A stretch of 64,000 bases of DNA from an uncultured Anaerolineae bacterium (GCA_964353405.1 CAYGWJ010000121.1:2421-66420); one strand, 5' to 3'. Positions 1 through 9,933 are shown, counted from the first letter of the stretch. The notes: generated by a model from the letters alone, not told the origin. Numbers and translations are program-made.

Positions 1-856
1 CTACCATCTCCATCACACTGCGTTGAGCGCCCGGATGCAAATGGGCTTCGGGTTCTTCAAAATAGACATCCAACGCAACAAGTGTTCCTGACTGGAGACC
101 CGCTTCTACGACTGCCCAAAAGGGCCATATTTCCATTTGCCCGGCGGCAATATTGACCGGACGCAAATGCGCCTTCTCTGTTTCAAGCACGATCGTGTCA
201 GGGCCATATTGAATTCGCCCCTTGAAGATAGATTGGATCTGCTGCTTCAGACGTAACAGAGAATCAACGTCAGAAAATTGGTTGACTTGAATTCCCTCCC
301 GCGCGAGCCTTTCCAATGCCTTCCCTAAAGTCTCATAAAACGTAATAATGTAGCCAGGCCATTGCTGTTCAGGACGAGCGCGAGAAACAAAGCGAAGAGC
401 AGAAGAGGGTGTAAGAAAAGAGTAAAGAGTGCGTCCCGCCGGTATGTACACCTGTGTCTTTGGAGAATCGCCACGTTCCTTCCGTTGTGACGTAGTTATC
501 CGCTTCTTCAATGCTCCGCTCAGCCTGACACCCTCTTGGGTCCATCGAATCTCCTGCTTGGATCCTTTGAATAGTTTGGCAGAACTCCAACACAACACGG
601 TACCTGGGTCAGCATACACGGAAGGCGCATTGCCTAACCACCATTCCAAGGCCGATAAAGCAATTGCGGCCGGCGTCTCGACGCTTGTTGGCACACTTAC
701 AAGGAGGTCTTCTATGCCACGCAAGAAATAGAGGGCTTGGGCTGCCAGAGATTTGCCAGTCGCTTGTGGCCCAACAAAAACTGTCAGGTCACTCAACTCG
801 ATGCTTGCCTCATGAACTGGACCGAAGCTACGGATCAGTAGCTGTTCTTTCATCAT
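1..856 (-). CDS. Partial (5' end) ABC/OLD-family AAA ATPase (AAA_15/AAA_21-like); it runs off the left edge and is absent from the ORF track because there is no stop in the window
   Basis: My translation of the minus strand from ATGATG at 856-851 reads MMKEQLLIRSFGPVHEASIELSDLTVFVGPQATGKSLAAQALYFL... It has a Walker A motif (GPQATGKS). The window sequence ends at ...VALDVYFEEPEAHLHPGAQRSVMEMV, which matches the D/E-EPE-x-HLHP signature typical of OLD/Gabija-type ABC ATPases. I saw no stop codon down to position 1. Confidence 0.55.
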   Translation of the reverse strand, partial: MMKEQLLIRSFGPVHEASIELSDLTVFVGPQATGKSLAAQALYFLRGIEDLLVSVPTSVETPAAIALSALEWWLGNAPSVYADPGTVLCWSSAKLFKGSKQEIRWTQEGVRLSGALKKRITTSQRKERGDSPKTQVYIPAGRTLYSFLTPSSALRFVSRARPEQQWPGYIITFYETLGKALERLAREGIQVNQFSDVDSLLRLKQQIQSIFKGRIQYGPDTIVLETEKAHLRPVNIAAGQMEIWPFWAVVEAGLQSGTLVALDVYFEEPEAHLHPGAQRSVMEMV

Positions 857-910
857 GCCCTCATTTCTATACTGGCAGACTGTCAGCGCTGTTGGATTCC
901 AGGGAGCGAA

Positions 911-1708
911 TTAACGCAATCCCAAAATAACTCCAAATCGTCCCGTCTTCTTTTCCACGCGATGAGAGAACCACTCGTCGGTGTAGCAGGCCGTGCAGAT
1001 GCCGCTGTCTTCTATCTCCTGGATGCCGGCCGCGTTCAGTTGTGACTTGACTGCGGCGATGAGGTCAAGGTAAAGTGCGCCATCGAGCTGCGGGACAAGA
1101 ATAGAAGCGCCTGTCGGACAGGCGCCGGCGACGCGCTGCGCCAGGTCAGGCCCAAACTGGTAACACTCGGCGCGAATGGCCGGGCCGATGCCCGCCCACA
1201 CATCCGTCGGACGGCTGCCGAACCCGTCGCGCATCGCGCGCACCGTCGCGCCAAGGATGCCCACCACAATGCCCGGCCAGCCCGCGTGAGCAATCGCCAT
1301 CACACCGCGCCGGGCATCGTGAAAGAGCACCGGCACGCAATCGGCAAAGCGCATCGAAAGAGCCAGCCCGGGCGTGGCCGACACCAGCGCATCCGTCTCT
1401 TGCAGAGCTGCTCCGGAATGCTGCGGCCCAACGAGGGCGACATGACAGCCGTGACTCAACCACGCGCTCACCGTCTGGCCTTGCACCAGGCTCAGCGCAT
1501 TCAACAAACGACGATTGTTCTCCGTCACCGCTTCAAGGCTGTCGCCCGTCGAGCGGCTGAGGTTGAGCGACGCCCACGGCGCAACGCTCACACCGCCCTG
1601 ACGCGTAAAGATTCCATGTGTCACATCGGTCCGCGCCGCTAAATGCTCAAACTGATAGAATGTCAAACCATCAACACAGATTCGCTGCACTCGGGCCTCA
1701 CTCGTCAA
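911..1708 (-). CDS. pgeF: Peptidoglycan editing factor PgeF (YfiH/DUF152 polyphenol-oxidase-like family)
   Basis: 265 aa. It carries the IAHAGWPG motif and a C-terminal GICTACYTDEWFSHR metal-binding signature characteristic of the YfiH family. Confidence 0.8.
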   Translation of the reverse strand: MTSEARVQRICVDGLTFYQFEHLAARTDVTHGIFTRQGGVSVAPWASLNLSRSTGDSLEAVTENNRRLLNALSLVQGQTVSAWLSHGCHVALVGPQHSGAALQETDALVSATPGLALSMRFADCVPVLFHDARRGVMAIAHAGWPGIVVGILGATVRAMRDGFGSRPTDVWAGIGPAIRAECYQFGPDLAQRVAGACPTGASILVPQLDGALYLDLIAAVKSQLNAAGIQEIEDSGICTACYTDEWFSHRVEKKTGRFGVILGLR

Positions 1709-1712
1709 CGGA

Positions 1713-2819
1713 TCAGGCGCCCACGTTCATGTCGCCCAACAGACCGCGCGCCATCGCCTCCTCCCACGTGAGGGTCTGAACGGAATCAGCCAGACCGGTG
1801 CCGGCGGCCAACATTTCCTCGCTGAACAACATGTCAAAATCGGCAGCGGGTTCTGGCCGGGTTACCGCCGGCTCAGGCTGAACGGAAGCCAGCTCGGGCC
1901 GAGGCTGAGGCAGAGTCGGCTGAGCCACGTGGGTCAAGACAACCGGTTCCACGGGCGCCACGGGCGCAACCCGCTGAACGGCTCGGGCGCCGATCTTTTC
2001 AATCTCGGCCACGGTTTTCTTGGCATACATCCACACTGCGCCTTGCTTGACCGACTTGGGCACGACGGCAACCAGGATCATCGTCGGACTGATTTCGGCT
2101 GCGTAAACGGCCACGCGCTGACCTTCCAGGTAGTGAAGCGGGAATGATTTCTCTTCGCCCAAGAGCGAAGCGACCTGCGCCGTCGTCGAGCGGCAATTCA
2201 ACACCAGCGCGCACAGCGACGGCAGGTTGCTGCCGTTCAACATTCCCTTAGACGAGATCACGCAGCCGGTCTCTTCGATGAGCAGCACCGATTCAGCTGT
2301 GGTCTGCGCGCGCAGTTCGGACAGCACCCCGTCCATGCGCTCCAGGTCTTTGGGGGAAAAGCTGAGGGATGGAGCTGAGCCGGCCGGGGCCGAGGTCGCA
2401 GAGAGCGGCGACGCAGCAGCGACGGTCACGGCCTGAATCTGTCTCGACCGCTTGAGCTCGCGCTCGGTCACTTGCAGCACCTGGTTGATGGAGAATGGCT
2501 TTTTGAGGTAATCGGCCACGCCGGCCCGCATGGCCTCGATGACGCTGTCCATGTCGCCAAAGCCGGTGAGCATGATTACGGGCAACAAGGGATTTTTCTC
2601 TTTGACCTTTTTGAGAAGCTGAATGCCACTCATGCCACTCATCTTGAGATCAGTAATGACAAGGTCCATCAGGGCGGTTTCCATGATCTGCATCGCCCGC
2701 TCGCCGCTGGGCGCGGTGCGCACCGCATAACCGGACGTGGTCAGCACATCACGCAGCGCCTTGCAGACCGCTTCCGAATCGTCCACGACCAGAATATTGG
2801 CCAAAGGCTCACCGGCCAT
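1713..2819 (-). CDS. Response regulator receiver protein with an uncharacterised C-terminal domain
   Basis: The N-terminal REC domain reads ILVVDDSEAVCKALRDVL...ITDLKMSGMSG...VIMLTGFGD, with the conserved Asp, Thr and Lys positions. The C-terminal ~240 aa contain no recognisable HTH. Confidence 0.7.
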   Translation of the reverse strand: MAGEPLANILVVDDSEAVCKALRDVLTTSGYAVRTAPSGERAMQIMETALMDLVITDLKMSGMSGIQLLKKVKEKNPLLPVIMLTGFGDMDSVIEAMRAGVADYLKKPFSINQVLQVTERELKRSRQIQAVTVAAASPLSATSAPAGSAPSLSFSPKDLERMDGVLSELRAQTTAESVLLIEETGCVISSKGMLNGSNLPSLCALVLNCRSTTAQVASLLGEEKSFPLHYLEGQRVAVYAAEISPTMILVAVVPKSVKQGAVWMYAKKTVAEIEKIGARAVQRVAPVAPVEPVVLTHVAQPTLPQPRPELASVQPEPAVTRPEPAADFDMLFSEEMLAAGTGLADSVQTLTWEEAMARGLLGDMNVGA

Positions 2820-2863
2820 CGCAACCTCCTAAGGGGTGTAGGATGAATGCAAACTGGCGCGTG

Positions 2864-3190
2864 CTACTCGCTTTCAGTTCCGCCACGGCAGATCGAACAA
2901 CGACACATCTTGCGGAGCAGGTCCCAGGGGTAAAGCCCAAAACTATGGCCGTCTTCCCAAACAAACTGGATAGCATAATTGCCGACATAATTCATGTCGC
3001 GCACTTCGATGCTCGGCATGGTCGTCACCTTGAGCGGGTCAGGCTTGGCGCGGTAAGCATTGCAATCGGCGCACGGGCAGGCCGCGCGCACGTCACCCAG
3101 CGCATACTCGCCGTGGTGTCCGTCAGGCCAGTCAATCACCAGCCGGCCCGCCTCACGTTCAAGCTTGACCGTGGGATAGCGGCGTTTCAT
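2864..3190 (-). CDS. DUF971 family protein (gamma-butyrobetaine hydroxylase-like N-terminal domain)
   Basis: 108 aa. The cysteine and histidine pattern (CPCADC ... CRCSIC) and the EVRDMNYVGNYAIQFVWEDGH region match DUF971. Confidence 0.6.
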   Translation of the reverse strand: MKRRYPTVKLEREAGRLVIDWPDGHHGEYALGDVRAACPCADCNAYRAKPDPLKVTTMPSIEVRDMNYVGNYAIQFVWEDGHSFGLYPWDLLRKMCRCSICRGGTESE

Positions 3191-3308
3191 AAATTCTCCT
3201 TTGGATCGCTGACGACTACATTATGCCCCAAGCTTGGACACAACGCAAATCTCTTCACAGACAACAAGCCGCCCACCCGGAGCGGCTTGACCAACAAGAA
3301 CATCACGG

Positions 3309-4028
3309 TTACTTTTGCGCCGGATGGCGCAGGCGCCCCTCGGCGGGCCCGGGCGGGACCAGCCGCTCGCTGGACTTTTCGCCAATCTCCGCAAAAGCGA
3401 CCTGAAGGTGCGGGAACACCAGCCACGCCGAGGCCCAGCCGAACGCCCCGCCCGTGATGGTGCGAAGCACCCAGGTGCTTTCACGCGGCACGCCGCCGGG
3501 GAACAGGCCCGGCACGATATAACTGACCAGCTGGCTACCGCCGTCCAGCGCCATCGGCAGGATGCCGATAAGGATATAGATCCAAAACGAAATAGGCCTG
3601 GCCCGTGAGCGAACCCATCCGAACGCCAGACCGCTCAGCAGCAATGTGCCATAGATCGCCAGGTCACGCTGGCATAGCGCCACTTTGTAGCCAACCTGCT
3701 CGTTGCCGTTGAACGGGCTGGGCCAGGGATAGAGCGGCAAGTTGTCCTGGCCCACTCGTTCTACCAGCTCCGGGAGCGAGTAGACCGCTTTGTCCCCGAA
3801 CAAAAAGTATGACCGCTGCGGCAGCTCGTGGCACAAGGCGCGATACGTTGAGTAAATGATTTGCGCCGCAAAGGGATGGCCCGCCTTTTCCAGCACCGGA
3901 GCCAGGAACGGCAGGCCGATATACACCGCCAGTGCGGCATTGATAACCGCCAACCAGTGCCTGGACAGCCACACCGAAAGACGATCCGCCGCCGCAGTCA
4001 CGCGGCTCGATCCGTTAATAGGCGGCAA
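3309..4028 (-). CDS. DUF2085 family membrane protein
   Basis: Multi-TM protein with a CHELPQRSYF motif, a variant of the CHQxPERSF motif of DUF2085. Confidence 0.55.
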   Translation of the reverse strand: MPPINGSSRVTAAADRLSVWLSRHWLAVINAALAVYIGLPFLAPVLEKAGHPFAAQIIYSTYRALCHELPQRSYFLFGDKAVYSLPELVERVGQDNLPLYPWPSPFNGNEQVGYKVALCQRDLAIYGTLLLSGLAFGWVRSRARPISFWIYILIGILPMALDGGSQLVSYIVPGLFPGGVPRESTWVLRTITGGAFGWASAWLVFPHLQVAFAEIGEKSSERLVPPGPAEGRLRHPAQK

Positions 4029-4254
4029 GTTGCTCTCCCAACGCGCGCCTCACATCGGCGCGCGTGATGGGCGCGCACAACACCTCGTGCCCATCCACCT
4101 CTATGACCGGGATGCGATAGCGATACTGCTCGAACAGCGCCGCATCAGCCGTGATGTCAGCCGATTGCCACGACACACCCACTTCCAAGAGCCAGCTCTC
4201 CGCCTCTTGGCACAGATGACAGCCCGGCCTGGTGTAAAGTACAATGTGCCTCAC
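4015..4254 (-). CDS. Glutaredoxin-like small redox protein (CxxC thioredoxin fold)
   Basis: The sequence VRHIVLYTRPGCHLCQEAESWLLE...YRIPVIEVDG fits the glutaredoxin/NrdH-like fold. The likely GTG start at 4254 overlaps the ccdA stop (GTGA), suggesting translational coupling. The ORF-track ATG at 4326 lies inside ccdA. Confidence 0.55.
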   Translation of the reverse strand: MRHIVLYTRPGCHLCQEAESWLLEVGVSWQSADITADAALFEQYRYRIPVIEVDGHEVLCAPITRADVRRALGEQLAAY

Positions 4255-5096
4255 AGAGACGCAACCTGGTTGACCGCGCGGCCGCCAAGATAGCCTATGT
4301 ACGCCGGGACGAGCGGCAGGACGCACGGCGAGAGGAACGACAGCAATCCCGCCAGGAACGCGACGAAAAACGTCGGCGTGATGGACGCGCCGCCCGTGGA
4401 CACATCCAGGAACAAGCCTCGACTAAGCGCCCACCGGCTAAAGGCCTGCAGCGAAGGCGCCCATGACGGAATCGTCAGTGTCCAGTTTGCGCCGAACCAT
4501 TCGCCCACTTGCGGCACGACGCGGGGCAGCGCATCCACGAGGAGCAACAGGCCGACGATGATCAGCAGCACCGCTGTGATCGTTTTGACCATGGGCATGT
4601 AGCGGCGCATCCGGCGCAGGAGCGCCGTCGCGCGATCCACTGCCAGACCTGTCAGTAGAAAGGGGATGCCCAGGCCAAGCGAATAGCCAACGAGCAGGAA
4701 CACTCCCCGCCCCACCGTCTGCTCGTTCAGCCCTAGCGTCAAGATCGCGCCGAGCGTCGGGCCAACGCAAGGCGTCCATCCGGCGGAAAAGAACACGCCC
4801 ATCAAGAACGATGAGACATAGCCCAGGTCGCGTCCGCTCGTACCTTGATAGCGCGTGTCATATTCCAGGAACGGGAGGTTGAGCACGCCCGCCGTCGCCA
4901 ATCCAAAGATCACAACGACGACGCCGCCGAGGAGGGCAAGCCAACTGCGCAAGTCGTACAACAGTTGACCGACCGCCGTCACCGCCGCACCCAGTGCGAC
5001 AAACACCGCCGAAAAGCCCAGCACGAACGCGACGGCGTGAGTGAAAGTGGCAAAGCGGGCCGTTGCCGGCGTTCGCGCTTGACCCGAGACCGTCAT
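4251..5096 (-). CDS. ccdA: Cytochrome c biogenesis thiol-disulfide transporter CcdA (DsbD transmembrane-domain family)
   Basis: 281 aa polytopic membrane protein containing ...FSAGWTPCVGPTLGAIL..., typical of CcdA. Confidence 0.8.
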   Translation of the reverse strand: MTVSGQARTPATARFATFTHAVAFVLGFSAVFVALGAAVTAVGQLLYDLRSWLALLGGVVVVIFGLATAGVLNLPFLEYDTRYQGTSGRDLGYVSSFLMGVFFSAGWTPCVGPTLGAILTLGLNEQTVGRGVFLLVGYSLGLGIPFLLTGLAVDRATALLRRMRRYMPMVKTITAVLLIIVGLLLLVDALPRVVPQVGEWFGANWTLTIPSWAPSLQAFSRWALSRGLFLDVSTGGASITPTFFVAFLAGLLSFLSPCVLPLVPAYIGYLGGRAVNQVASL

Positions 5097-5260
5097 CTCT
5101 CGTTATCCTTCTTGACCAGCGACTCGAGCGCCTCCAAGTCCTTCTCCAGGTTGCGCTGGCGCTGGCTCATGGTGAGAATGTAAAGGAACGTGCCTATCCA
5201 GAACACGCCGTAAGCGACCACCAAAAAGATGGCGTTCTTAAAGCCCATCAAGTCTGACAT
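5093..5260 (-). CDS. ccmD: Haem exporter protein CcmD (small single-TM protein)
   Basis: The sequence MSDLMGFKNAIFLVVAYGVFWIGTFLYIL... is a short single-TM protein positioned directly after ccmC. An AGGAGG Shine-Dalgarno lies upstream of the ATG at 5260. Confidence 0.7.
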   Translation of the reverse strand: MSDLMGFKNAIFLVVAYGVFWIGTFLYILTMSQRQRNLEKDLEALESLVKKDNER

Positions 5261-5326
5261 AGATTCCTCCTGACAAGTCACAGGTCGCAGGTCGCAGGTC
5301 ACATCGCCCGCGGCACACTCTACGGT

Positions 5327-6082
5327 CTATGCGACAAGTTCTTGCTGCAACCGCGCGACACGATCCGCCGTGTGTTCCAGTCGGATGCGCTGGCGCAGCA
5401 ACGTGATATAGACGACGGTGAACGCGATGACGCAAAACGTGAGCGTCATGCCCATCTTGGCCGAGCCAAGCCCGGTCTCGAACTGCATCTTGCCCTGTGC
5501 CGCGCTGCTGGCGGCTAACAGCGCCGGGTGAATCGTCCGCAGGAAAAAGACTGAGGCAAACGTCAGTGGGACGGTGACAAAGCTGACGATGCCATACACG
5601 GCCGAAAAACGCGCGCGCCGCTGCGGGTCGTCCATCGCGCCGCGCAACATGAGATAGGCCAGGTACACCAACCAGGTGATCGCCACCGTCGTCAGCCGCG
5701 CATCCCACGTCCACCAGGTGTTCCACACGGGCCGCGCCCATAGGCTGCCTGTCATCGCGCCCATCGTCAGGAACAGCGCACCCAATTCCACGGACGACAT
5801 GCCCACAATGTCCCACTTGCGGTCATTCGTCCGCAGGTACATCACCGAAGCGACCAGCGTGACAAAGAACGCCAAAAAGCCCACCCAGTCCACCGCCACG
5901 TGGAAGTAGAAAATGCGCTGGACTTCTTTCATCGTCAGTTCGGTCGGCGCCCACAGGAACACCAACACGAGCGACGTGACCACCAGCACGGCGCTGGCAA
6001 CGGCCAGTACGGTTCCGGTTGTATCCTTTGCCTGTTTCATGCTCCTCCTTCCTTCGACGTCACTCCTCCACGACGTACTCAA
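5327..6082 (-). CDS. ccmC: Haem exporter protein CcmC
   Basis: Carries the tryptophan-rich WWD motif (VWNTWWTWDARLTT), has 6 TM helices, and lies adjacent to ccmB and ccmA. Confidence 0.85.
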   Translation of the reverse strand: MSTSWRSDVEGRRSMKQAKDTTGTVLAVASAVLVVTSLVLVFLWAPTELTMKEVQRIFYFHVAVDWVGFLAFFVTLVASVMYLRTNDRKWDIVGMSSVELGALFLTMGAMTGSLWARPVWNTWWTWDARLTTVAITWLVYLAYLMLRGAMDDPQRRARFSAVYGIVSFVTVPLTFASVFFLRTIHPALLAASSAAQGKMQFETGLGSAKMGMTLTFCVIAFTVVYITLLRQRIRLEHTADRVARLQQELVA

Positions 6083-6734
6083 ACACCATGAACGACACTG
6101 CCACGAGAATCACGTCAAACACGATCAGCAAATTGAGCCACTGCTGCCACTCGGACACCGGCAGGCCCATCATCGCGCCGGACGTGGCCTTGACGGCGGC
6201 AATCAGTTCCGGCATCGCCACCGGGAACAGCAAAATGGGCAGCATCACCTCCCGAGCGCGCGTGTTGACCGCCATCGAGCTGAGCAGCGTGCCCACACCC
6301 GCAAAACCGAGCGTCCCCAGCACGACGACGAGGATCACCCAAGGCTGAACGAGCGGCACATTGAAAAACACTACAAACAGTGGCAGGACGATCACTTCGA
6401 CGATGAGCATGAACAACGCATTGCCCAACGCCTTGCCGAAAAAGATGGCGCTGCGATCCACCGGCGTCAATAGTAAACCATCCAGGCAGCCCTTGTCCAA
6501 CTCGACCGACAGCGAGCGATTCAGACCCAGCATTCCGGCAAAGACGATCGTCACCCATAGCGCGCCCGGCGTGGCTGTCTCGATAATGTTGCGCTCCGTC
6601 AGCTCCAACGCAAAGTTGAAAACGATGATGACCAGAATGCTGAACACGCCCATCGAGCTGAGCATCTCGCGCGTGCGGAGTTCAGCCGCGATGTCTTTGG
6701 CAATGATGGCGGCGACTTGTCTCAGATACGTCAT
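6060..6734 (-). CDS. ccmB: Haem exporter protein CcmB
   Basis: 224 aa, 6-TM ABC permease-like protein lying between ccmA and ccmC. Confidence 0.8.
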   Translation of the reverse strand: MTYLRQVAAIIAKDIAAELRTREMLSSMGVFSILVIIVFNFALELTERNIIETATPGALWVTIVFAGMLGLNRSLSVELDKGCLDGLLLTPVDRSAIFFGKALGNALFMLIVEVIVLPLFVVFFNVPLVQPWVILVVVLGTLGFAGVGTLLSSMAVNTRAREVMLPILLFPVAMPELIAAVKATSGAMMGLPVSEWQQWLNLLIVFDVILVAVSFMVFEYVVEE

Positions 6735-7426
6735 AGAGTGTGCTGACGATACGCTTGCAGAAACGCCGCGGTGTTCAACTCGCTTCGATTGGCCTCAAAC
6801 ACCACCCGGCCCTTGGCCAGAATCACCACGCGGTCGGCCACGGCCAGGCCACGCTCCAGGTCGTGCGTCGTCATGACGACGGTGCGCCCTTCGGTGCCGA
6901 CGCTGGACATGACCGCTTCCAGCCGTGCGGCGGCATCCTGGTCGAGACCCGTATACGGCTCGTCGAGCAGCATCAGTGACGGACGATGGAGCACAGCCCG
7001 TGCGATGGCGAGCCGTTGCTGCATTCCGCGCGATAAAGTCCGCACCGGGTCGCGGCGGCGCTGCGCCAGCCCGACCATCTCCAGCACCTCCGTGATGCGA
7101 GCGTCGAGGCCGGCCACGTCATACATGCGTCCATAAAAGCGCAAGTTCTCTTCGGCGGAAAGGTCGCCATACAGCAGCGTCTGATGGCTGACCAGGCCGA
7201 TGCTCCGGCGCGCATCCGCCGCGCCCTTGGGCAGCTCGTGCCCGGCGATCTTGACGTGACCCAATGTCGGGCGCGAGAGCGTCGCCAGGATGCGCAACAA
7301 CGTCGTCTTGCCCGCGCCGTTCGGACCGACGAGCGTGACGAACTGCCCCTCCGGCACGGACAGGTTCACACCGCGCAGCGCCGTGGTCGGTCCAAAGGAT
7401 TTGACGAGACTATTGACTTTTATCAC
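6731..7426 (-). CDS. ccmA: Cytochrome c biogenesis ABC transporter ATP-binding protein CcmA
   Basis: Walker A motif GPNGAGKTTLLRIL, ABC signature LSRGMQQRLAIA, and Walker B motif LMLLDEP. Confidence 0.85.
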   Translation of the reverse strand: MIKVNSLVKSFGPTTALRGVNLSVPEGQFVTLVGPNGAGKTTLLRILATLSRPTLGHVKIAGHELPKGAADARRSIGLVSHQTLLYGDLSAEENLRFYGRMYDVAGLDARITEVLEMVGLAQRRRDPVRTLSRGMQQRLAIARAVLHRPSLMLLDEPYTGLDQDAAARLEAVMSSVGTEGRTVVMTTHDLERGLAVADRVVILAKGRVVFEANRSELNTAAFLQAYRQHTL

Positions 7427-7489
7427 CAGCCGGTATCCATCAGACGAATGACCAGGGACAAGGGGCCTATACTCGTCCGTCGTCTTGCG

Positions 7490-9433
7490 TCATTCGGTCA
7501 TCAACTCTTGCAGTTCCGCCTTGAGTGTGGCACGCTGCTGGCGGTATTCCTTGTCCTGGATGCGGCCCGCTTCAAAGTCATCATCCAATTGGGCAATGGC
7601 GTCCAGCAATTCATCTTGTTCTGCTTCCACATCTTGTACTTCTTCTTCGACCCCTTCCGCTTGCCGACGTTGCCTCAACCAGACAAAGGCGACAATCGCC
7701 ACAGCCACCAGCAACAAAGCCGCGGCAACGATGAGAATAGGCGAAGCTGTCTGGCTGGTAGGGGCCGTCGTGCCAGACGCAGAAGCGCTCGGCGCGCCAC
7801 TGAGTTGAAGCGCAAGGCTCGCTCCGGCAGCCAGGTCGCTGCCGACAAAATTGACCATGTTGCCGCCCTGTGTGGGGCGCGTGCCTGACTCGGTCAACTG
7901 CGGGCTGGTCAGCTTGGCGCCACCTTCGGGCACCAAGACGTTGATACTTTTCACCGGATACGCCATGGGCACTTGCAGGTCAAGCTTTTTGGCATCGTAA
8001 GGCAAATCATACGAAACGAGAACCTGCGTCGTGCCGGCGCCGGGCGCAACCGCTTCCGTGTCCGCAAAGCCGTTATCCAGCGACTTGTAGCGTCCACCTA
8101 GTTCGCCATCCATAAAGCGGAGGCCTGTCGCGCCGGCAGGCAGTTGGAAGCGCGCTGAAAGCCCATCCGAGCCGATGTAGGCGCGGTCGCCTGTGTTGGA
8201 CACGACGTACACCACTCCAACGGTCGTGCTGCCCGGCGACACAAAATCAAAGAACATGTGCATCTGTGCGATGCTGATAGTGGCGGCATCCGCCGTCGTC
8301 TCGTAAACCGTGATCGGCGCCGTCAGCGTCAGGCCGCCGTGAGCAAACGACAGCGCCTCACTCGTATAGATCGCCTTCAGGTATTCAGCCTGGAGGCCAT
8401 ACATGATCGGCGTCGAGGCGTCGAGCTTGTCGAACACAAACTGGCCCTTTGCGTCTGCGGCAAGCGTACGCGTGAACATGAGGCTTGAGCCATCGGGCGA
8501 AAGCGCGTACAACGTCACCGGCAAATTGCCTGGCGGCTTGCCGCCCGGCGTGCCATTCACAAACGAACCCATGATAGTCGCTTCGCCTTTGGGCGCGGCG
8601 ATCTTGACCAAGTCCATCGAAAGCGAACGAACGTAATCGGCGGCAGCCTGCCGATCGGCCTGACTCACACCGGCCAAGCCCGGCATCGCACCCTTACCAT
8701 TCGCGATGGCGCGATGTACGGCATCGACGGCATCGAGATCAGACTGCGATTTGCTTACCATCTTGCTCGCATCCGAGATATCCGGCGTGGCCGTGTTGTC
8801 GGACTTGCCCGTCGCGCCGTGGCATGAGGCACATTTGTCCGTGTAAACGGCTTTGCCCCGGTCCAGTTGATCTTGCGGAATGGACAGCGTGTAGAGATAC
8901 GCCACCACATCCCAACGATCCTCCGCCGTGAGACTGGTGAAAGGCGGCATTCCCCTTTGGAGCCGGCCGTTCGAAATCACATTGAACCAATCGGTCGGTT
9001 TGACCGTGCGCACAAAAGCCACATCGGCCAGGTCTGGAAACTTGCCTCCCATGTTTGCGACGATCTGCTGGCTCTGAGGGCCATCGCCCTTGCCCGCTGC
9101 GCCGTGGCAGGCCAGGCAACGCGCTTCATATACGCCCTGCCCTCTTTGCGCGGCAGGCTGCCGTTGAGGGAGTGCCACCGGCACAGGTGCGCCGGCTGTC
9201 GGGATATCCACAGGCGGCAGCGTGCCCACGGGCTGTGCAGCGGCAGAGGTCGGTTGTGCTGCCCGCGTCGCGGCCGCGCCCGGCGGCGGAACGATCGGCG
9301 TGACGGGGCCTTGAGGCAACTCGCCGGCGGTGTTGCAGGACGAGAGAACAAAGAGCGCCACAAGAGCGAATACAACCAGGGTCAAACGCAGATTTTTCAA
9401 CGAGTTGCCTCCACGGTCAACGCTGCGCCGCAC
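7490..9433 (-). CDS. Membrane-anchored dihaem cytochrome c lipoprotein
   Basis: Built from two class-I cytochrome c domains, a ~350-aa beta-rich domain, one TM helix and a cytoplasmic coiled tail. The N-terminus has a lipobox (LSSC). Two CXXCH motifs (CLACHG, CASCHG) are each followed by a Met-containing GMPPF or GAMPGL segment. A TM helix (ILIVAAALLLVAVAIVAFVWL) precedes a tail reading LDDDFEAGRIQDKEYRQQRATL. Confidence 0.7.
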   Translation of the reverse strand: MRRSVDRGGNSLKNLRLTLVVFALVALFVLSSCNTAGELPQGPVTPIVPPPGAAATRAAQPTSAAAQPVGTLPPVDIPTAGAPVPVALPQRQPAAQRGQGVYEARCLACHGAAGKGDGPQSQQIVANMGGKFPDLADVAFVRTVKPTDWFNVISNGRLQRGMPPFTSLTAEDRWDVVAYLYTLSIPQDQLDRGKAVYTDKCASCHGATGKSDNTATPDISDASKMVSKSQSDLDAVDAVHRAIANGKGAMPGLAGVSQADRQAAADYVRSLSMDLVKIAAPKGEATIMGSFVNGTPGGKPPGNLPVTLYALSPDGSSLMFTRTLAADAKGQFVFDKLDASTPIMYGLQAEYLKAIYTSEALSFAHGGLTLTAPITVYETTADAATISIAQMHMFFDFVSPGSTTVGVVYVVSNTGDRAYIGSDGLSARFQLPAGATGLRFMDGELGGRYKSLDNGFADTEAVAPGAGTTQVLVSYDLPYDAKKLDLQVPMAYPVKSINVLVPEGGAKLTSPQLTESGTRPTQGGNMVNFVGSDLAAGASLALQLSGAPSASASGTTAPTSQTASPILIVAAALLLVAVAIVAFVWLRQRRQAEGVEEEVQDVEAEQDELLDAIAQLDDDFEAGRIQDKEYRQQRATLKAELQELMTE

Positions 9434-9933
9434 CTGGCGCAGAATCGGTCAGATGGGTCAATGGGCCGACCACACTTGGGACATTGTGGATTACGGAACG
9501 CGGATTGCGGCGCACCGCTGGCCGATTGACGACGAGCGCGAACAGCGACTTCGATGTCGTCTTCTTTCGGCGCGGACGGCGCAGTCTTGGCCTTGCGCCT
9601 TGCCTGCACGGCCGCTTCGATTTCATCTGCGACCGCCGCTGGCGTTTTGCGGTCATCGCCCAGCGCATCCAACTCTTTCAGAATCTCGACACCGCGCGCC
9701 GCGTACTTTTCCCGCGTCGCACGATAATCCACTTCACGCAGCTTGCCGGTCTGAAAATCAAAGTCCAGGTCACGCAGCGCAGTGAGCACCGTATTGCGTT
9801 CAGCCTGCAGTTTCTCTCGCAAAGATTCTTCCGACACGGCGATCACGCGCGACCTGGCAGTGAACGGCGCGGCGACATAGACCGCCACAATCACCACCAT
9901 CGTCAAACCAATCAATGCTACGACGATTTCCAT
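9397..9933 (-). CDS. Membrane protein with an N-terminal TM, a CcmH-like juxtamembrane motif and a C-terminal zinc ribbon
   Basis: TM helix MEIVVALIGLTMVVIVAVYVAA, then the tail DLDFDFQTGKLREVDYRATREKY, and a zinc ribbon CPKCGRPIDPSDRFCARCG at the C-terminus. It is embedded in the ccm operon. Confidence 0.5.
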   Translation of the reverse strand: MEIVVALIGLTMVVIVAVYVAAPFTARSRVIAVSEESLREKLQAERNTVLTALRDLDFDFQTGKLREVDYRATREKYAARGVEILKELDALGDDRKTPAAVADEIEAAVQARRKAKTAPSAPKEDDIEVAVRARRQSASGAPQSAFRNPQCPKCGRPIDPSDRFCARCGAALTVEATR

